This document shows, piece by piece, positions 36,674 through 45,949 of a stretch of 48,310 nucleotides of DNA. Under the pieces are notes generated by a model. That model was given only the letters and a program-made list of their open reading frames with translations. It was not told the DNA's origin and did not search any database. The DNA is from an uncultured Candidatus Saccharibacteria bacterium. Lineage in GTDB: Bacteria; Patescibacteriota; Saccharimonadia; Saccharimonadales; Saccharimonadaceae. The position numbers and the translations under genes were made by a program. The stretch's first letter is position 1. Every line of letters begins with the position of its first letter. The stretch is from positions 1 through 48,310 of the forward strand of contig CAYSSH010000001.1 in NCBI GenBank assembly GCA_964433705.1, written 5' to 3'.

Positions 36674-37573
36674 ATGCCAAAACCAAAGGTTTATTATTCC
36701 AAGCAAATCACCCCTGAAAGCCTGCAGAAAGTTTACTTAGCCCTCGGCGTGGACATCACCGAAAATGGAAACCGTAAAGTCGGTGTCAAGGTGTCAACCG
36801 GCGAGGATGGAGCCAAAGGTTATCTAAAAGCCGACCTTATCGCCCCCTTCGTAAAATCCATAGGTGGCACCATTGTCGAGTGTAACACCGCCTATGGCGG
36901 CACTAGGGGCAACGCTAAGGAGCATTTAGAGGTAGCAAAGAAGCATAACTTCACCAGTTTCGCCGAAGTTGACATCATGGACGCAGGCGGCGAGATTAAG
37001 ATTCCTGTGCACAGCGGCAAACATCTGAAGTATGACCTCCTAGGTAGTCATTTTGACGATTATGATGCATTCGTCAATCTTGCTCATGGCAAGGGGCATG
37101 CGATGGGTGGTTTTGGTGCAAATCTCAAGAATCAATCTATTGGCTTCGCCTCAAGAAACGGCAAGGCCTACATCCATTCGTGCGGAAAGACCGCAAACCC
37201 CAAGCTCTGCTGGGTCACGCCGCATAAACAAATTCATTTCATTGAGTCAATGGCTGAGGCTGCCAAAGCCGTTACAGATTATCTTGAAGAACAGGGGAAG
37301 ACAATAATCTATATTACGATTATGAATAACATCTCCTTAGATTGCGACTGCGATGCTAATCAAGGCGATCCAGTCATGGGAGATTTAGGCATTGTCGCTT
37401 CTCTTGATCCAGTTGCCAACGACCAAGCGTTTATTGATATGATTTGGCAAAGCAACGACCCGGGCACTGCCGACATGAAAGAACGCATAGATTCTCGTCA
37501 GGGTAGGGAAATATTGCCCTATGCTGAATCCCTCGGTCTTGGTTCTTGTAAGTATGAACTAGTTGTGGTATAA
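36674..37573 (+). CDS. DUF362 family (Fe-S related) protein
   Basis: VKVSTGE, VECNTAYGG.R, HGKGHAMGGFGANLKN, SLDCDC, ASLDPVA.DQA. Confidence 0.85.
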   Translation: MPKPKVYYSKQITPESLQKVYLALGVDITENGNRKVGVKVSTGEDGAKGYLKADLIAPFVKSIGGTIVECNTAYGGTRGNAKEHLEVAKKHNFTSFAEVDIMDAGGEIKIPVHSGKHLKYDLLGSHFDDYDAFVNLAHGKGHAMGGFGANLKNQSIGFASRNGKAYIHSCGKTANPKLCWVTPHKQIHFIESMAEAAKAVTDYLEEQGKTIIYITIMNNISLDCDCDANQGDPVMGDLGIVASLDPVANDQAFIDMIWQSNDPGTADMKERIDSRQGREILPYAESLGLGSCKYELVVV

Positions 37574-37582
37574 TAATCCTAC

Positions 37583-37659
37583 GGGTGATTAGCTCAGTTG
37601 GCTAGAGCGTCTCGTTTACACCGAGAAGGTCGGGGGTTCAAGCCCCTCATCACCCACCA
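37583..37659 (+). tRNA. tRNA-Val (UAC)
   Basis: GGGTGAT/ATCACCC acceptor, TCTCG-TTTACAC-CGAGA anticodon arm, CCA end. Confidence 0.96.
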
Positions 37660-37800
37660 AACGGTTTATAAAATTATTTTTATCTATTTCGTAATCTATA
37701 AATGTCTGTTAAATCCCCAACAATTTACCCTAATCAATGTAATCTAATAATTCTTTGAACTTTTGAATGTAACCGTTTCTTCAAATGATTTATAGCCCAT

Positions 37801-37829
37801 GAAAAAGTCCGCTTGAAAAAGCGGACTTC
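37801..37829 (-). terminator. Intrinsic terminator of the pseudogene unit
   Basis: Minus strand AAGTCCGCTT-TTTC-AAGCGGACTTTTT. Confidence 0.7.
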
Positions 37830-37837
37830 ATCTTGGT

Positions 37838-38038
37838 TAAAGAGCAAAGGAATCATGCCCACGCTTTGTCGTGTCCATCTCGATGGAGTTACCGATGCAG
37901 GCAAACGCGCCCACAACAATCGTTGTTGGGCATACCAGCGTCCAATATTAGGACATCCACGGGGCCGGTAGGGGTTTCTATTATCCCCACCATAGTCATC
38001 ATTTCGCCGAGGTTACCCTCGTTCTTTTTCTCAGCCAT
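37838..38038 (-). pseudogene. Probable frameshifted small orphan gene
   Basis: GGAGGG SD + ATG 38038 (MAEKKNEG...) stops after 18 codons; protein-like reading continues in other frames (DYVGIIETPTGPVDVLILDAGM; TTIVVGAFACIGNSIEMD...); TTGACA-17-CATAAT promoter upstream. Confidence 0.45.
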
Positions 38039-38203
38039 CTTATACCCTCCCTATAAAATTGATTTGAAAAAAGCACAATTCTTCTGAGATTTGAATGTGC
38101 TATCTATGACACCTCGCCATAGTTAATATCATTATGGCATACATAAGCGAAAATGTCAATATATGTTCAATCGTCATGCTCATAGTTCTGTAGTTTTTCC
38201 TGT

Positions 38204-38251
38204 ATGTCCTCCTTGCATGTTGTTAATACCTGGCGGATTAAGCCACACCAG
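38204..38251 (+). repeat. Diverged copy of the intergenic repeat seen at 27, 826 and 1069
   Basis: ATGTCCTCCTTGCATGTTGTTAATACCTGGCGGATTAAGCCACACCAG. Confidence 0.7.
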
Positions 38252-38434
38252 GACCAAAATTAAACCCCGCCGGGTTTTTATACACAAAAAGCTGTTTCAT
38301 CCCTAATAGATGCAAATTTGAGCAATTTTTCGAGTTTTACTACAAGGTGTAGTATTACTCCCTATAAATAAACCCAAAAACTTGACGAAAATGATAAAAT
38401 CACCTTAAGCGGAGGAGAAAGGAATGAAAAAACA

Positions 38435-39085
38435 ATGCTTAAAGTTGTGGTATTTGATTGTGGTATCGGTGGAGAATTGTTCGCCGATCACCTAGAAAAA
38501 GAGTTGGGAGTTGTGGAGGTGATTCGGGTTATTGATTGGCGGAACTCAGGTGAGTATTTAAAAAGTTCACATTCTGCCAGAAAGACAGCCGAATGCGCTT
38601 TAAAGCCTTACATCGGCAACGTGGATTTGATCATAGTTGCAAATTATTTACTCGCAACCACGAGTTTAAAATACTTCAAGAATAAATATCAATCTCAGAA
38701 GTTTATCGGATTTGTGTTCAAGACCAAACGCGTCATAATGGAAAAACCTACGTTAATTCTCACCACCAAGGCTACAACTAAAAGTTTTTCGTTCGTTAGT
38801 TTTTCGCATCGCATCAAGGCTAAAACTATTTGTTTTGATACATGGCCCCTCCTTATTGATGACGGGGAACTAACCTACGATGTGCTAAAAGATGATGTCA
38901 GAAACGCAATGTCATCGTTCCGCAACTTTTCTCCCGAGCAAATTATGCTCGCCTGTGGTCAATTCTCCGAGGTGACGCCAGACCTCCGTAAGATTTTTGG
39001 CCACAATGTCCGCTTTATTGATAGTTTTGAACATACCATTGGCGAAGCAAAGAAAGCTCTAAAAATCCGCGGAAGTAGCTGCTAA
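38435..39085 (+). CDS. Glutamate racemase-like protein (degenerate active site)
   Basis: VFDCGIGG start motif; IIVANYL in place of VIACNT; MLACGQF in place of LGCTHY. Confidence 0.7.
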   Translation: MLKVVVFDCGIGGELFADHLEKELGVVEVIRVIDWRNSGEYLKSSHSARKTAECALKPYIGNVDLIIVANYLLATTSLKYFKNKYQSQKFIGFVFKTKRVIMEKPTLILTTKATTKSFSFVSFSHRIKAKTICFDTWPLLIDDGELTYDVLKDDVRNAMSSFRNFSPEQIMLACGQFSEVTPDLRKIFGHNVRFIDSFEHTIGEAKKALKIRGSSC

Positions 39086-39141
39086 GTCCTCCAAAATAGC
39101 CTAGTTTATGATATAATAAATAGGTAAAAGAAAGGATAAAG

Positions 39142-40905
39142 ATGAATACTCCATACGAAGAAACCGAAATATATAAGATGCGACATACTTTAAGTCATGT
39201 TCTCGCCGCGGCTATTACGGAGCTTTATCCTACAGCAAAATTCGGCATCGGACCAGCCATTGAAAACGGTTTTTATTACGATATTGATTTTGGTGACGCT
39301 AAGGTTAGCGACTCTGACCTTTCCCGCATTGAGAAGAAGATGCGTGGCATCGTTGCGCGTAACCTACCGATGACAAAGCGGATTTCCTCGAAGACCGAGG
39401 CGCTAAACTGGGCGCGTGACAAGGCACAGGGCTACAAAATTGAACTCATTAACGAACTTCCAGAAAGTGCCGAAATCAGTTTTTATGACTTAGGCGATAT
39501 TTTTACCGATCTCTGCAAAGGACCGCATCTTGACAACACCAACGATGTTGGCGCATTTAAATTGATCCGAGTTGCCGGCGCATATTGGCGAGGTGACGAA
39601 AAACGCAATATGCTAACACGTATCTACGGTGTCGCTTTCGATACCGAAGCGGAATTGGACGAATATCTAAAGCGCCAAGAAGAGGCCAAGGCAAGAGATC
39701 ACCGCAAACTTGGCAGGGAATTAGACTTATTCTGCTTTAGCGACCTCGTTGGCGCTGGACTACCGCTGTTTACTCCTCGTGGCACAGAACTGCGTGAACT
39801 AATGGCGAATTACTCGCTGTCGTTGCGCGGCAGAGAAGGTTTTAAAAAGGTCTGGACCCCGCATATTACAAAAACTGACCTTTATAAAGCCTCTGGACAT
39901 TATGCTAAATTTGGCGATGAACTATTTATGGTTCATTCTCAGGTCAATGGTGAGGATTTTGCCATGAAACCAATGAACTGCCCACATCACGCCCAAATTT
40001 TTGCCTCTCGCCCGCGCACTTATAAAGAAATGCCGGTGCGCTATATGGAAGCGACGACCGATTATCGCGATGAAAAGACTGGTGAACTTGGCGGTCTTTC
40101 TCGCGTGCGTTCCTTAACTCAAGATGATTCGCATGTCTTCTGTCGCAAAGACCAGATAAAAGACGAAGTTAAGCGCCTAGTGGCCATCGTTAAAGAACTT
40201 TATACGACAGTCGGGATGCAGAAGCTCCGCGCGAGATTGTCCTATCGCTCTGATGAGGACAAGTATTTGGGTGACAAAAAGCTCTGGGAAATGGCACAAA
40301 AACAAATTAAGCAAGCCGCAATTGATAACGGACTAGATTATTTTGAACAGGAAGGTGAAGCCGCGTTCTATGGGCCAAAAATTGATTTTATGGCCGAAGA
40401 CGCCATTGGTCGCGAGCATCAACTTGCTACCATTCAACTAGATTTTGTTCAGCCTGAACGTTTTGGGCTGGAATTTGTTAATGAAAAAGGCGAAAAGGAG
40501 CGACCAGTTATGATTCACCACGCTACGCTTGGTTCAATCGAACGCTTCTTGTCTGTCTTTATTGAACATACTGGCGGCTGGTTCCCATTCTGGTGTGCTC
40601 CTGAACAAGTCCGTATCATTACTGTTAATAACGAAATTTCTGACTACGTTACGAAAATTACAGACGTCTTAAGTGAGATAGTTCTTGACAAGCCACTAAA
40701 ATATAATGAACTACGCTTCGCTGTAGATGACTCCGCGGACTCACTCGGTAAAAAGATTAAACGTGCTACCGAAATGAAAATACCGGTTCTCCTTATTGTT
40801 GGTCCAAAAGATGCGAAAGAGGGGATTGTATCCGTCCGCCTTCGCGATAGAGAAGAGAAAACTAATCTCAAAGAACTCGCAGCCTTCCTGAAAGAACTAA
40901 AATAG
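39142..40905 (+). CDS. thrS: Threonine--tRNA ligase (no N-terminal TGS domain)
   Basis: RHTLSHVLA, DLCKGPH, RDHRKLG, KPMNCPHH, AAFYGPKID. Confidence 0.98.
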   Translation: MNTPYEETEIYKMRHTLSHVLAAAITELYPTAKFGIGPAIENGFYYDIDFGDAKVSDSDLSRIEKKMRGIVARNLPMTKRISSKTEALNWARDKAQGYKIELINELPESAEISFYDLGDIFTDLCKGPHLDNTNDVGAFKLIRVAGAYWRGDEKRNMLTRIYGVAFDTEAELDEYLKRQEEAKARDHRKLGRELDLFCFSDLVGAGLPLFTPRGTELRELMANYSLSLRGREGFKKVWTPHITKTDLYKASGHYAKFGDELFMVHSQVNGEDFAMKPMNCPHHAQIFASRPRTYKEMPVRYMEATTDYRDEKTGELGGLSRVRSLTQDDSHVFCRKDQIKDEVKRLVAIVKELYTTVGMQKLRARLSYRSDEDKYLGDKKLWEMAQKQIKQAAIDNGLDYFEQEGEAAFYGPKIDFMAEDAIGREHQLATIQLDFVQPERFGLEFVNEKGEKERPVMIHHATLGSIERFLSVFIEHTGGWFPFWCAPEQVRIITVNNEISDYVTKITDVLSEIVLDKPLKYNELRFAVDDSADSLGKKIKRATEMKIPVLLIVGPKDAKEGIVSVRLRDREEKTNLKELAAFLKELK

Positions 40906-40913
40906 GGAAGCCA

Positions 40914-41681
40914 GTGAATAAGACACAAATCTATATGAAGCAGCCTGTTCTAGTCATCCTTGGACCAACTGGTTCGGGCAAGACAGGTATTACTATCAAA
41001 ATCGCAAAAGCAATTGGTGGCGAGATTATTTCTGCTGACTCTCGCGCCATCTATAAAGGCATGGATATTGGTACGGCAAAGCCTACCAAAAATGAAATGT
41101 GTGGAATCCCGCACTATGGTCTTGATTTAGTTTTTCCTGACGAACGCTTTACTGTTGCAGATTGGAAGGCATATGCCGAAGAAAAAATCAAAGACATTCA
41201 GGCGCGTGGCAAAATCCCGATTATTGTCGGTGGGACCGGGTTATATATCGATGCCTTAATTTATGACTATCACTTCAAAGGCCCTACGGGTAACAAAATC
41301 GGCGACATTGAACAAAAAAGTTGTTCAGACCGACAAGAGATAAAAGGAAATTTTCTCATCATCGGCATCGAGTGGGAATCAGACGCATTGCGCGAACGGC
41401 TCAAGGAGCGAATTGAACAAATGTTTTCGCCAGCTCTCTATGATGAGGTCACTAAACTAGTGAAAGAGTATGGCTGGGGCAGCGGAGCAATGAAAAGCAA
41501 CATCTATGAATATGCCTGGAAGTATTTGAACCATGAACTAACCTTAGAAGAAGCAAAGACTCAATGTTTTTACGAAGATTGGCACCTAGCCAAGCGTCAA
41601 CTGACTTGGTTCAAACGTAACTCAAATATCATTTGGCTTCCGCTTGAAAAAGTTTATGCTTTCGTGATTGAAAAAATGTGA
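40914..41681 (+). CDS. miaA: tRNA dimethylallyltransferase (short form)
   Basis: GPTGSGKT, EIISADSR, MDIGTAKP, VGGTGLY, AKRQLTWF; start may be ATG 40935. Confidence 0.95.
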   Translation: MNKTQIYMKQPVLVILGPTGSGKTGITIKIAKAIGGEIISADSRAIYKGMDIGTAKPTKNEMCGIPHYGLDLVFPDERFTVADWKAYAEEKIKDIQARGKIPIIVGGTGLYIDALIYDYHFKGPTGNKIGDIEQKSCSDRQEIKGNFLIIGIEWESDALRERLKERIEQMFSPALYDEVTKLVKEYGWGSGAMKSNIYEYAWKYLNHELTLEEAKTQCFYEDWHLAKRQLTWFKRNSNIIWLPLEKVYAFVIEKM

Positions 41682-41725
41682 TTTTTATACATTTTTATTA
41701 TGGATGTGATAAAATAGTATACAGA

Positions 41726-42328
41726 ATGGTTAAAGAAAATAGTTCACCTACAGAAAAACTGTTCGGATCAAAGACCCGAGCGAAACTTTTAAAACTTTTT
41801 TTTGAAAATCCTGAAAAATCTTTCTACGTGCGTGAGATGACGCGAGTAATCGATGAACAGATTAACTCAGTCCGCAGGGAATTGTTGAACCTTGAGAGTA
41901 TTGGTATTATCAAAAATGAAACTTTCGACAATAAAGTTTACTATTCTGCTAACGCAAAACATCCCTTCACTCGTCCACTAAGTGAAATGTTTAGCAGAAA
42001 AATTGACTTAACTCGTGAAAAAGATATCCACGAAACTACCTGGGAAGAGTATATTCGCCCAGTTCGTAAATACCTAGACGGACTAATTGTTACGAATCGG
42101 TTGCCTGGCCAAGATGGAATTGACCTCCTTATCATTGGTAACGATAAAACAAAAAAACTTACTCGATGGGCGGAAGTAATTGAAAAAAAACAAGGTAAAC
42201 CAATTAACTATGTCATTATGACTGCGGATGACTTTACCTATCGCAAAAGTGTCAAAGATCGTTTCATTGGTGACGTCCTAGAAATGGAAATTACCGAAAT
42301 TATCGATCCGGAAAGAATAATAAAATAA
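41726..42328 (+). CDS. Winged-helix transcriptional regulator with nucleotidyltransferase-like C-terminus
   Basis: LFGSKTRAKLLKLFF...FYVREMTR...NSVRREL; DGIDLLIIG; start moved to ATG 41726. Confidence 0.75.
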   Translation: MVKENSSPTEKLFGSKTRAKLLKLFFENPEKSFYVREMTRVIDEQINSVRRELLNLESIGIIKNETFDNKVYYSANAKHPFTRPLSEMFSRKIDLTREKDIHETTWEEYIRPVRKYLDGLIVTNRLPGQDGIDLLIIGNDKTKKLTRWAEVIEKKQGKPINYVIMTADDFTYRKSVKDRFIGDVLEMEITEIIDPERIIK

Positions 42329-42337
42329 AGGAGTAAT

Positions 42338-42784
42338 ATGTTTGAAATAGAGAGTAAAAACCAGGACATCATTGTCCTATCTACAAAAAATGGCAGCATT
42401 GCTTTTAATATAGCAGATGGTTCTATTGATGCCGGCCTTGCCGTAGGGAAGATTGAAGGGCCTTGCGAAGCAGAAATCGGCGACGCTGCTATCCGCGGTA
42501 TTGCGACGACTTCCGGGCGCACTATTTACGATGTCGAAATCGGCGGTGTCCATGTTGGTATTTTAGGGGATATTGAGGAGAATCTCGACGATTTAGCCGC
42601 CGACGTTCTCTGTACCTCCAGCGTTCGTGCTGTTCGTGAATTGGAGCCTAAACTCATCATAGCGATGGGCAACCTCGATGGCATGGTAACCGACCTGAAA
42701 CTTTCTGCCCGTACGGAGAAGAAACTAAAAATTAAGAGTCTAGATAACCTTCCGGCAACGCAAGAAATAGTCGTACTTGGGTAG
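42338..42784 (+). CDS. Reduced metallo-beta-lactamase-fold-like protein
   Basis: IEGPCEAEIGDAAIRGI, HVGILGD, VRELEPKLII; no HxHxDH. Confidence 0.55.
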   Translation: MFEIESKNQDIIVLSTKNGSIAFNIADGSIDAGLAVGKIEGPCEAEIGDAAIRGIATTSGRTIYDVEIGGVHVGILGDIEENLDDLAADVLCTSSVRAVRELEPKLIIAMGNLDGMVTDLKLSARTEKKLKIKSLDNLPATQEIVVLG

Positions 42785-42786
42785 TT

Positions 42787-43431
42787 ATGAACTCGAATCC
42801 GTTACAAATCGTTCTCGTTCTCTGTATCGTTGTTGGTTCGGTCATTTTGCATGAGCTAGCTCATGGCCTTGTCGCTTATTGGCTCGGTGATCGAACCGCC
42901 AAAGATGCCGGGCGCCTGACTTTTAATCCGGTTAAACATATCGATCCGTACATGTCCATCATCGTTCCGGTCATATTATACATATTAAAAGCGCCAGTTT
43001 TCGGAGGCGCCAAGCCAGTCCCAGTAGATTTTGGTAAAGTTAAATGGAAAGAGTGGGGAATGGCACTAGTTGCACTCGCCGGTCCGTTTACTAATTTTCT
43101 CATTGCCTTCATCTCATTCCTCATTGGACATTTCAGTGGTCTTATCTATGGTGTTGGCGGTGATATCCCAGAATTCATCTTTCTGGAGCTGGTTTACATA
43201 AATCTCGGATTTATGATTTTTAACCTCATCCCTATTCCACCATTGGACGGTTCCAGAGTGCTTTATGCCATCTCTCCTGATTCAGTTAGGATAATGCTAG
43301 CTCAGATTGAGCGATATGGCATAATTCTAGTATATCTCCTGATTCTTCTATTTGGTGAAGTTTTTTCTTCTCTTATGACGAATGGCATCAACGCAATTGT
43401 TGAATTCTTTTATCTTATGGTGTATAATTAA
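42787..43431 (+). CDS. Site-2 protease (M50 family)
   Basis: HELAH, AGRLTFNP, ALAGP, FNLIPIPPLDG. Confidence 0.95.
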   Translation: MNSNPLQIVLVLCIVVGSVILHELAHGLVAYWLGDRTAKDAGRLTFNPVKHIDPYMSIIVPVILYILKAPVFGGAKPVPVDFGKVKWKEWGMALVALAGPFTNFLIAFISFLIGHFSGLIYGVGGDIPEFIFLELVYINLGFMIFNLIPIPPLDGSRVLYAISPDSVRIMLAQIERYGIILVYLLILLFGEVFSSLMTNGINAIVEFFYLMVYN

Positions 43432-43435
43432 AGTA

Positions 43436-43575
43436 GCCCTACCGGCAGCATGATTTTCCTGAATAATCATGTTTAAGGGATTTCGTGGCTTATGACCGTG
43501 GTCATATCGCATAAGATTTTACCCACCTTGTATATATTACGGGGAAAACAGGTCGGCGGGGCTGAAAAGGTGGGC
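43436..43575 (+). ncRNA. Candidate structured leader RNA / riboswitch-like element
   Basis: TATAAT 43423-43428; closing stem 43436-43446/43552-43562; three internal hairpins; anti-SD CCCACCTT. Confidence 0.5.
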
Positions 43576-44427
43576 ATGAAACAACGCATTCGAGTCGCAG
43601 CAATTATTAGGTCAGAAAACGGAATTTTAATTTTGAAACGTAGCCGTGGTCGTTCTGAGGCCTCGGTTTTTTGGGAACTTCCTACTGGTAAGATAAAATT
43701 TGGCGAACAGCCAGAGGAGGCAATCGTTCGTTCGCTATCTGAATATACCGGTCTACAAGCCAGCTCTGTTGTTATTAAGGATGCTATTACCTTTTTAGCT
43801 TTAGAGGGCACAAGTCGTCTTAGTAATTTGTATATCGTTTATGAAGTTGAAATCGCCAAAGGGATGAAGCCAACTCCAAAAGAGCGCTACACGGCGTATA
43901 AATATATCAAGGATTTTACCTCGTCTGGCGTACGTTTAAATGAAGCCAGTATCTCGGTGTTCGAAATTATTGAGGGGCGCACTCACTCGAACCGCATTTC
44001 TCCCCGAAGTGCCGCCAGCGCCGTCACTATTTATGTCGATGGCGCATCTCGTGGCAATCCCGGTCCCTCTGGCATCGGATATCAAATTGTTGATGAGGAT
44101 GGGCGCACCATCGAACGCGGTGGCGAATTCATCGGCTTTGCCACCTCTCGTGTTGCCGAATATTATGCAATGCGAAATGGTTTGGAACATGCGGTGAAAC
44201 TGGGGCTAAAGACTGCCCACTTCGTTTCGGATAGTTTAATGGTTGTTAATCAATTAAATGGGATTTTTTCGGTTAAAAATCAAGACATTCTCCCGATATA
44301 CGATGCAATCCAGAAACTGCTTGCCTCTTTTGAAAGTGTATCATTCACGCACGTTTCAAGATCGGACAATCAGATTGCTGACCTTGAAGCTAATAAGGCT
44401 ATTGATGATATTTTAAAAAGAAGATAG
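43576..44427 (+). CDS. Nudix-like domain fused to ribonuclease HI
   Basis: WELPTGKIKFGE Nudix-like box; YVDGASRGNPG, AEY, SDS, NQIAD RNase HI motifs; start moved to ATG 43576. Confidence 0.88.
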   Translation: MKQRIRVAAIIRSENGILILKRSRGRSEASVFWELPTGKIKFGEQPEEAIVRSLSEYTGLQASSVVIKDAITFLALEGTSRLSNLYIVYEVEIAKGMKPTPKERYTAYKYIKDFTSSGVRLNEASISVFEIIEGRTHSNRISPRSAASAVTIYVDGASRGNPGPSGIGYQIVDEDGRTIERGGEFIGFATSRVAEYYAMRNGLEHAVKLGLKTAHFVSDSLMVVNQLNGIFSVKNQDILPIYDAIQKLLASFESVSFTHVSRSDNQIADLEANKAIDDILKRR

Positions 44428-44473
44428 CGTCGCCTATCTTTACAAAATGCCGTTGGTGTAGTATAATAATGAA

Positions 44474-44808
44474 GAGCCTGAAAGATGACCGCCTACTTTG
44501 TAGGAGGAAAGTCCGGGCAACAGAGAGCAGGGTAGTCGCTAACAGCGACCGTCCGTAAGGATAGGGAAAGTACCACAGAAACTTATACCGCCGGCATCCG
44601 CCGGTAAGGGTGAAAAGAGTGAGGTAAGAGCTCACAGCGCGTCGTAGCGATATGTCGCGGAGGCAAACCCTACCTGTTGCAAGGAGTACTATTTACCTCG
44701 GCTCGGGGATGTACGCTTACCGCTTGAGCGTTATAGCAATGTAACGTCTAGATAGATGGTCATCGCCCCTGTAACCCAGAGGCACAGAACCCGGCTTATA
44801 GATGGCTC
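44474..44808 (+). ncRNA. rnpB: RNase P RNA (type A)
   Basis: GAGGAAAGTCCGGGC, AGTACCACAGAAA, GGCAAACCC and ACAGAACCCGGCTTAT conserved regions; TATAAT upstream. Confidence 0.97.
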
Positions 44809-44814
44809 ATTATC

Positions 44815-44843
44815 AAAAAACTGGCCGAAAATGCCAGTTTTTT
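44815..44843 (+). terminator. rnpB terminator
   Basis: AAAAAACTGGC-CGAAAAT-GCCAGTTTTTT. Confidence 0.85.
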
Positions 44844-45068
44844 GAGTTCGTCATAAAAAAATTGTTCACCTATCATGTTGTAAAAATTACACCCATAATT
44901 CAGAAATACCCAAAAATCAAAGTTATTTTTACAACAGAATATGAGTACTCTTCGTTTCTCACAATATTCTTAATGGCTTTGTTCAAAATCTAGTCGCCCC
45001 TGTAAAAAAGGGAATACTTAATGAAAAATAGTCAATGTTGTAAAAAATACAGTATTTTTAATAAGAAC

Positions 45069-45101
45069 AAAAAATCGCCCTAGTTTATTGGGCGATTTTT
45101 T
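45069..45101 (-). terminator. Terminator of the infC operon
   Basis: AAAAAATCGCCC-N9-GGGCGATTTTTT. Confidence 0.85.
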
Positions 45102-45113
45102 CTTTATTTAAGA

Positions 45114-45341
45114 TTAGGCATTTTTCTTTGCTTTTGCAGCATCTTTTGGCGACTGAACTAAGCCATGTTTTTTCAGCGTGCGAAGAGCAGAAGTAGAGAT
45201 GTTGCACTTAATCTTCTGACCACCAATAACCAAGGTTCTCTTGGACACATTCGGTTTAAAAACCTTCCGCGTGTGCCGTTGTGAGAACGATACATTGTGA
45301 CCATACATCTTACCTTTTCCAGAAATTTCACAGATAGCCAT
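45114..45341 (-). CDS. rpmB: 50S ribosomal protein bL28
   Basis: CEISGK...GHNVSFSQRHTRKVFKPN. Confidence 0.96.
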   Translation of the reverse strand: MAICEISGKGKMYGHNVSFSQRHTRKVFKPNVSKRTLVIGGQKIKCNISTSALRTLKKHGLVQSPKDAAKAKKNA

Positions 45342-45342
45342 C

Positions 45343-45690
45343 TTATTTCTCCTTCACCGTATTTACGATTGCCTTAAACGCTTCTGGATTGTTCACAGCG
45401 AGATCGGCAAGTATCTTGCGGTCTAAACTGATGTTCTTTGCCTTCATTCCTGCGATTAATTGAGAATAGGAAAGACCAAGCTCGCGAGAAGCGTTGTTAA
45501 TACGTGTGATCCAAAGCGCCCTCAGGTCGCGTTTCTTATTGCGACGATCGCGGTAGCTATACCGTAGCGCCTTAATTACACCTTGTTTTCCCAAACGATA
45601 GCTACGGGTTCGTGCATGTTGCATACCCTTAGCGCGTTTAAGCATCTTCTTATGTTTAGCCATTGCGGCTACACCACGTTTTACTCTCAT
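45343..45690 (-). CDS. rplT: 50S ribosomal protein bL20
   Basis: [30 protein letters not shown]. Confidence 0.98.
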   Translation of the reverse strand: MRVKRGVAAMAKHKKMLKRAKGMQHARTRSYRLGKQGVIKALRYSYRDRRNKKRDLRALWITRINNASRELGLSYSQLIAGMKAKNISLDRKILADLAVNNPEAFKAIVNTVKEK

Positions 45691-45692
45691 AA

Positions 45693-45887
45693 TTAAACCC
45701 CTAATGCCGTCTTAATATTTTTCTTAATCTTACCATTTACGAAAGCAGCAGTTTTCATGTTGCGCTTCCTGGCCTTTGACTTTTTTGCGAGAATATGATT
45801 CCCAAAGGCGCGTTCGCGAGCGATTTTACCAGAACCGGTAATTTTTATCCTCTTAGCGGTGCCTTTATGCGTTTTTAACTTTGGCAT
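45693..45887 (-). CDS. rpmI: 50S ribosomal protein bL35
   Basis: [20 protein letters not shown]. Confidence 0.97.
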   Translation of the reverse strand: MPKLKTHKGTAKRIKITGSGKIARERAFGNHILAKKSKARKRNMKTAAFVNGKIKKNIKTALGV

Positions 45888-45949
45888 AACTTTTCCTTTT
45901 TAGTTAATTATTATTTAAAGTGCTATCAGGAGGCCGTTAAAGTAGGAAA

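Noticed and set aside
37687-37714. dif site (TGTTAAAT resembles the XerD arm)
   Set aside because: XerD arm is mismatched (GTCTGTTAAAT) and there is no plausible XerC arm.
38338-38354. Palindrome TACTACA-AGG-TGTAGTA upstream of the racemase-like gene
   Set aside because: Single short occurrence; could be an operator but there is no further support.
44399-44635. 78-aa minus-strand ORF
   Set aside because: Overlaps rnpB.
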